Shown piece by piece: positions 59,404 through 64,000 of a stretch of 64,000 nucleotides of DNA; position 1 is the stretch's first letter, and each line of letters begins with the position of its first letter. The stretch lies in IMG/VR virus record IMGVR_UViG_3300043438_000835; one strand, written 5' to 3'. Both the position numbers and the translations under genes were made by a program. Under the pieces are notes generated by a model that saw only the letters and a list, made by a program, of their open reading frames with translations, was not told where the DNA came from and did not search any database. Source of the stretch: an uncultured virus (IMG/VR IMGVR_UViG_3300043438_000835) (lineage: Duplodnaviria; Heunggongvirae; Uroviricota; Caudoviricetes).

Positions 59404-59693
59404 TAGCGATTACCTTTGCCATACAGAATCCTCGATTTAAAGGTTGGAAGAGTTTTAAGAACATCCGACATTGGCATGGTGCTACTCCTTTTAAAAATAA
59501 GCATTGGGAGTTCGAGCTGCTTAAAAATGGTTGCATTGTAGAATTTGATTTTACAGTAAGAACACGATGCGACCATTCTGGTGCAACATTAGGTCTGGGT
59601 CTGTTTGGCTACAGCATTAACGCAACTCTTTATGACAATCGTCATTGGGACGTTGAAAATAACTGTTGGAAAGTATATGGGCAATCAAACTGA
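59400..59693 (+). CDS. hypothetical protein
   Basis: ATGA overlap. Confidence 0.6.
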   Translation: MIAITFAIQNPRFKGWKSFKNIRHWHGATPFKNKHWEFELLKNGCIVEFDFTVRTRCDHSGATLGLGLFGYSINATLYDNRHWDVENNCWKVYGQSN

Positions 59694-59925
59694 TTATTTT
59701 AACAAGATTGGATACAAGCATACCTATAACATAGGTGATCGTGTATTTGGTCACTATAATAAAATCCCATTTGTTGGTACAGTAGGTAATGACCGCAAAA
59801 TTAACGACATCGACGGGCCGGAAGTAACTATACACTTAGATTTGCCTATACGAGTTAATGATAAAATAACTTTGTTTATCATAGTCAAACATAAAGACAT
59901 CAAATTTAAATTAAAAGAAACATAA
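59677..59925 (+). CDS. hypothetical SH3-like protein
   Basis: IGDRVFG.Y..IPFVGTVGND; start moved from track 59605. Confidence 0.55.
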   Translation: MGNQTDYFNKIGYKHTYNIGDRVFGHYNKIPFVGTVGNDRKINDIDGPEVTIHLDLPIRVNDKITLFIIVKHKDIKFKLKET

Positions 59926-59926
59926 T

Positions 59927-60145
59927 ATGAAATCAATTATAATTATTACAGCACTGCTCTTAACGGGATGTGCAACAAATCCAGATGTAGAGAAAAGTGT
60001 CAGTCGTGATAAAACTATGAACGACATGGCAAAGACAGCACTGATTAACGAGATGCTTAACAGTCGAGATCCTGCTGTGAGATTAGAAGGTGCTAGAATT
60101 GCCAAAGACTTCGTCGCACCGAAACGAAGATTATTTGATTTTTGA
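59927..60145 (+). CDS. putative lipoprotein
   Basis: MKSIIIITALLLTGC lipobox. Confidence 0.7.
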   Translation: MKSIIIITALLLTGCATNPDVEKSVSRDKTMNDMAKTALINEMLNSRDPAVRLEGARIAKDFVAPKRRLFDF

Positions 60146-60150
60146 ATAAC

Positions 60151-60225
60151 CTATTATTGACATAGGAAAAATCAATGGAAAACCATGAGTTTTTAGTTGA
60201 TTGCTATTGTAAATAACTGTACAAT
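60151..60225 (+). promoter_or_regulatory. OxyR-like site and sigma70 promoter upstream of ahpC
   Basis: CTAT-N7-ATAG-N7-CAAT (60151-60176); TTGATT - 17 nt - TACAAT. Confidence 0.5.
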
Positions 60226-60280
60226 AAACACACGCAGAATAATTCTGCAAATTTTTCATTTCACACACAAAGGAGATATT

Positions 60281-60820
60281 ATGAAAACAGTTGGCGACAA
60301 ATTAGCCCCATTCGCAGTCACTGGTGTTAAGCCAGGACAACCAGAAGACGCTTTCTTTACAATTACAGATGAGAGCTGGCCAGGCAAGTGGAAAGTAATC
60401 GTATACTACCCAAAAGACTTTACATTTGTATGCCCTACAGAAATTGTGGCATACGACAAACTAACAGATGACTTTTTTGATCGTGATGCCGTTCTATTGA
60501 CCGGTTCAACCGATAACGAATTCTGTAAGACAGCTTGGCAAACGGCTCACCCAGATTTAAAGAAGATCACACACACTCAATTTGCTGATACACAGCGTGG
60601 TGAGTTGAGCTTGATTGAGCAATTAGGCGTATTCTACGCTCCAGCAGGTGCTGCACTTCGTGCTACATTCATTGTTGATCCAAACAACGAAATCCAACAC
60701 GTCACAGTCAACAACTTGAACGTTGGTCGTAGTCCAGAAGAAACCCTGCGTGTGCTTGATGCCCTGCAGACTGGCGAACTGTGTGCATGTAACCGCACAG
60801 TTGGCGGCGAGACTCTGTAA
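60281..60820 (+). CDS. ahpC: peroxiredoxin AhpC
   Basis: YPKDFTFVCPTE; VGRSPEETLRVLDALQTGELC; AAGGAG RBS. Confidence 0.93.
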   Translation: MKTVGDKLAPFAVTGVKPGQPEDAFFTITDESWPGKWKVIVYYPKDFTFVCPTEIVAYDKLTDDFFDRDAVLLTGSTDNEFCKTAWQTAHPDLKKITHTQFADTQRGELSLIEQLGVFYAPAGAALRATFIVDPNNEIQHVTVNNLNVGRSPEETLRVLDALQTGELCACNRTVGGETL

Positions 60821-61470
60821 TGTTAGAGACTATATGCGATACTTTGGTTGAAGCATATAGACGCAACTGGATTACCAGTCGTGATGGCAATGTTTCGATT
60901 CGCCATCACGACCGTGATCACTTTTATATCACACCCAGTGGCGTCCGTAAGCAAACCATGCAGCCAGACCAGTTTAAGAAGATTGGTATTGAACAAGGCT
61001 ACTATGACCAACCTCCTAGGCCATACTATTCTTGGAAAGAATTGGCATATACTGACATCAGTGAGAAGCTAAAACCTAGTGGAGAATTACCTCTGCATTT
61101 TGGCTTACAAAAGAATATGGGTCAGCATAGTAATGATGTTAGAGTAGTAGTTCACTTACACCCTACCTATTGTATTGCGGCCATGCATGCCGGCATTGAT
61201 TTAAGTACTATCAGTTCAGCATTTCCAGAATTAAATCGTTACACTAAGGTAGCACCTAATGTGGGTGATGTTGCTCCAATTAGTCAAGAGCTTGCTGACC
61301 GTTGCCATGAGAATCTTAAGTTAGACAGTGCGGGTAACATTAAGTATGATATTGTGGGCATCAAGGGCCACGGCGTGGTAGCAATTGATACAAGTCCGTG
61401 GCGTGCATTTGAACACATTGAACGATTGGAACACATTTGCCAAATCGTATTAGCATCAGGAAAATATTAA
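60820..61470 (+). CDS. class II aldolase/adducin family protein
   Basis: GNVSIR...ITPSG...KPSGELPLH...VVHLHP...GHGVVA. Confidence 0.85.
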   Translation: MLETICDTLVEAYRRNWITSRDGNVSIRHHDRDHFYITPSGVRKQTMQPDQFKKIGIEQGYYDQPPRPYYSWKELAYTDISEKLKPSGELPLHFGLQKNMGQHSNDVRVVVHLHPTYCIAAMHAGIDLSTISSAFPELNRYTKVAPNVGDVAPISQELADRCHENLKLDSAGNIKYDIVGIKGHGVVAIDTSPWRAFEHIERLEHICQIVLASGKY

Positions 61471-61471
61471 A

Positions 61472-61978
61472 ATGAGCTTTATTGAATCAGTAAAAGGTGC
61501 GTTGCCAGACTATGCCAAAGACACTAAGTTAAATCTTGACGCTGTGCTACTTCGTAGCACATTGGATGCAGATGTGGCCATAGGTTGTGCTGTGGCTGCA
61601 TTGGCTGCAACTGGTAACGGTAAGGTATTGGGCATCTTGTTAGCGGATGCTCCTGTCCACGCAGAGTCAGCTATGTGTGCCGCTTCAATTATGAGCCAAA
61701 ACAACACGTGGTACCCCTTTGTTGAAATGGCTGATGATCCTGGTCTAAAAGGATTGCCGGCACAGTTGCGAATGAACGCCATTGCCAATCATGGCGGAAC
61801 TACCAAGAGCAACTTTGAAGCATTCAGTTTAGCCGCAAGCATTGTCGGTAAGTGTCACTTCTGTGTGAAAGCACATTACGAGACATTGAAGACAGAAGGC
61901 TACACAGTGGAACAACTTCGTGATATTGGACGTATTGCCAGTGTCATGAATAGTGTTGCTAAAGTATTAAACAGTTAA
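61472..61978 (+). CDS. ahpD: alkyl hydroperoxide reductase AhpD
   Basis: LPDYAKDTKLNL...LAASIVGKCHFCVKAH. Confidence 0.9.
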   Translation: MSFIESVKGALPDYAKDTKLNLDAVLLRSTLDADVAIGCAVAALAATGNGKVLGILLADAPVHAESAMCAASIMSQNNTWYPFVEMADDPGLKGLPAQLRMNAIANHGGTTKSNFEAFSLAASIVGKCHFCVKAHYETLKTEGYTVEQLRDIGRIASVMNSVAKVLNS

Positions 61979-62024
61979 TTTGGCAAAATAACCGGTTTAC
62001 AGGGTCCGTAAAACCCTGTATAAT
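61979..62024 (+). promoter_or_regulatory. sigma70-type promoter with upstream box and spacer inverted repeat
   Basis: TTTGGCAAAA - 7 nt - TTTACA - 17 nt - TATAAT; TACAGGGT/ACCCTGTA. Confidence 0.8.
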
Positions 62025-62080
62025 AAATACATACAGCAAAGAGATAGACTCCGAGCGTACATTATACAAAGGATTTTTGT

Positions 62081-62437
62081 ATGTCAAAAGCAACTACATT
62101 CACCATCAAAAAAACCTATGCGTTGTCAGCAATTGACAAGGCAGGCAAGCGTGTCTATTACGACACTGATTCACACTCAGGCGGTTATCCGTATTGGAGC
62201 CCTTACTTCTCCCAAGACAAAACTTGGGAATCGCTGGACAAGATTCCAATATTCTCCAGCACAGACTACATGCGTCGAGACGTTGTCAGTATCGAAGTTC
62301 TGGAAGTCGAGATCCAAGCTAAAGTGATTCTAACTACTGAAATCATGTCAGAAGCCCGAGCAAAAGCCAAAGCAGAGATTACCCAAATTCGCAAAGAATT
62401 GGCCCGCAAACTTGCCATGTTGGAAGGCACAAAATGA
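62081..62437 (+). CDS. hypothetical protein
   Basis: AAGGA RBS. Confidence 0.65.
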   Translation: MSKATTFTIKKTYALSAIDKAGKRVYYDTDSHSGGYPYWSPYFSQDKTWESLDKIPIFSSTDYMRRDVVSIEVLEVEIQAKVILTTEIMSEARAKAKAEITQIRKELARKLAMLEGTK

Positions 62438-63453
62438 CTAAAAAATATCACACCCTAGTGCTCATTGGGCGCTTTCAACCATTTCACAGTGCTCACCTTG
62501 AGATTGTAAAACGTGCCACTGCCCTATGCGAACAGTTAGTAATTATCACTGGTTCTGCCGCACAACCCCGTACTTACAAGAATCCGTTCACAAGTGCAGA
62601 ACGTGCGGGCATGATCAAATCGGCTACCCGTGGATTGAATATGCAAATCTACATTGAACCCAATGTAGACACTATCTATAACGATCAAGCCTGGGCAGTG
62701 CGTATCCAAGGCATTGTCAGCAAGTATGCAGTCCTTGGTACCAAGACTGGTATTATTGGACACAAGAAAGACGACAGTAGCTTCTATCTGGACATGTTCC
62801 CACAATGGGGATATGAAAACGTGGAACTGATTGAGTTCCTTAGTGCTGTTGACATTCGTGATCTTTACTTCAAGCGTGATGTCAACATGAAGTTCATTAA
62901 AGGTGTTGTGCCAGAAACTGTGTTTGAGTTCTTGGATGAATTCCGCCACCATGCCGAATATGAACAAATTATCCGTGAGCGAGAGTTTGTTGCAAACTAT
63001 AAGAAACAGTATGCGTCATTGCCATATCCTCCAATCTTCAGCACTGCTGATAGTGTTGTGATCTGTTCAGGTCATGTGCTGATGATCAAACGCCGTGCAG
63101 AGCCCGGCAAGGGCTTGTGGGCACTGCCAGGCGGCTACGTCAACGCCAATACCGACAAGTCAGTTGAAGATGCGGCTATCCGTGAACTGCGTGAAGAAAC
63201 TATGATTAAAGTGCCTGCTCCGGTGTTGCGTGGATCGATTGTTCGCAGTAAGGTATTTGATGCGGTTGACAGAAGTCCTAGAGGACGTATAATTACACAT
63301 GCGTTTCACATCCAACTGCCAGACGGTGAGTTGCCAAAAGTAAAAGGCAGTGACGATGCTGAGAAAGCACGTTGGGTACCTATTGCAGAGGTTCGAAGCG
63401 AAGAATGCTTTGAAGACCATTTTGAAATCATCTCACATTTTGTAGGAGCATAA
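62434..63453 (+). CDS. bifunctional NMN adenylyltransferase / Nudix ADP-ribose hydrolase (NadM-Nudix, NatV-like)
   Basis: IGRFQPFHSAH; NPFT..ER; Nudix box GGYV...EDAAIRELREET; GSDDA; EDH. Confidence 0.93.
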   Translation: MTKKYHTLVLIGRFQPFHSAHLEIVKRATALCEQLVIITGSAAQPRTYKNPFTSAERAGMIKSATRGLNMQIYIEPNVDTIYNDQAWAVRIQGIVSKYAVLGTKTGIIGHKKDDSSFYLDMFPQWGYENVELIEFLSAVDIRDLYFKRDVNMKFIKGVVPETVFEFLDEFRHHAEYEQIIREREFVANYKKQYASLPYPPIFSTADSVVICSGHVLMIKRRAEPGKGLWALPGGYVNANTDKSVEDAAIRELREETMIKVPAPVLRGSIVRSKVFDAVDRSPRGRIITHAFHIQLPDGELPKVKGSDDAEKARWVPIAEVRSEECFEDHFEIISHFVGA

Positions 63454-63454
63454 T

Positions 63455-63697
63455 ATGAACGAACGAATTCGAGAACTTGCTGAACAGGCTACTTCCCACA
63501 TGCCCGGACATCCTCCATACGACGGCTTGACATTTGACGTGTTCGATAAAGAAAAGTTCGCCGAGTTGATTGTGAGAGAATGTGTGGAACTTGTATCTGC
63601 CAACAGAGACCTGGCTATTGAAGATGGATGGAATGTGGATGAAGCAATGTCCACAGCAATCAATGATATTGAAGAACATTTCGGAGTTGAAGAATGA
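63455..63697 (+). CDS. hypothetical protein (paralog 1)
   Basis: MNERIRELA...EKFAELIVREC...IEEHFGVE. Confidence 0.7.
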   Translation: MNERIRELAEQATSHMPGHPPYDGLTFDVFDKEKFAELIVRECVELVSANRDLAIEDGWNVDEAMSTAINDIEEHFGVEE

Positions 63698-63945
63698 ACA
63701 AACAACTGATTAGAGATTTAGCCATCACAGGCGGCATTTATGATTGTATTTGTGATCCATACGACAAACTAGAGAACGGTGATTACTACAGTAGTGTAAT
63801 GGTTGATTTGGAGCGTTTCGCTGAGAAGATTGTGAGGCAATGTGCTGAGATTGCTGATACGGAGAGACCCAATTCAGTTGGTTGTGGATATATTACCAAA
63901 ACAAACGGTATGAGAATCAAAGAACATTTCGGAGTAGAACTATGA
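63694..63945 (+). CDS. hypothetical protein (paralog 2)
   Basis: MNKQLIRDLA...ERFAEKIVRQC...IKEHFGVE. Confidence 0.7.
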   Translation: MNKQLIRDLAITGGIYDCICDPYDKLENGDYYSSVMVDLERFAEKIVRQCAEIADTERPNSVGCGYITKTNGMRIKEHFGVEL

Positions 63946-64000
63946 CATTAAAACATACTAAAGGCAATCTGCTCGACCTGGCAGAAGCGGGAGACTTTGA
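63942..64000 (+). CDS. partial ORF, possibly a macro-domain (ADP-ribose-processing) protein
   Basis: MTLKHTKGNLLDLAEAGDF resembles macro-domain starts; only 19 codons visible. Confidence 0.45.
   Translation, partial: MTLKHTKGNLLDLAEAGDF

Noticed and set aside
60180..60190. AAACCATGAGT shared with the minus-strand leader near 35275
   Set aside because: A single 11-nt match could be chance; too weak to call a shared regulator site
62030..62075. Possible NAD-related riboswitch in the leader (GAG-ATAGA-CTC)
   Set aside because: Only a 3-bp stem is visible and I cannot match it to a known aptamer; an Rfam search would be needed
1..64000. Stop-codon reassignment, or introns/inteins in nrdA, nrdB or ligase
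   Set aside because: Recognisable genes are full length and contiguous under the standard code

Overview
The window is a gene-dense, AT-rich segment of a large tailed-phage genome (T4-like or 'huge phage' style). A freshwater betaproteobacterial host is inferred from the look of the pstS, ahpC/ahpD, iscU/iscA and erpA genes, without any search. Layout: 1-4.4 kb holds a cell-wall hydrolase, ErpA, DNA ligase, IF-1 and an HNH nuclease. 4.4-30 kb is a large block of virion fibre/adhesin genes (collagen-like, Ig-repeat, Gly-rich, LamG). 30-35 kb holds a recombination scar, a four-domain glycosyltransferase/methyltransferase and a small minus-strand operon. 35-43 kb holds head/baseplate-type late genes and an exonuclease. 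43-64 kb holds metabolic and host-takeover genes (nrdAB, iscU/iscA, glutaredoxin, cold-shock protein, pstS, clpX, bS21, ahpC/ahpD, NadM-Nudix). Most notable items missed by the ORF track or not obvious from it: (1) a circularly permuted two-piece tmRNA gene with tag ANDAYFGEDRLAA and an extra 5' RNA domain, upstream of a phage ClpX; (2) an operon of three tiny Arg/Lys-rich peptides followed by a boxB-like hairpin; (3) phycobiliprotein-like CxRD repeats in a virion protein; (4) a 10-Cys metallothionein-like peptide; (5) a TTTGGNNAAA box at a fixed position upstream of sigma70 promoters, plus widespread apparently leaderless genes; (6) a ParB-like + HNH gene pair; (7) an unexplained structured intergenic RNA. 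All family assignments are by eye from motifs; no searches were run.
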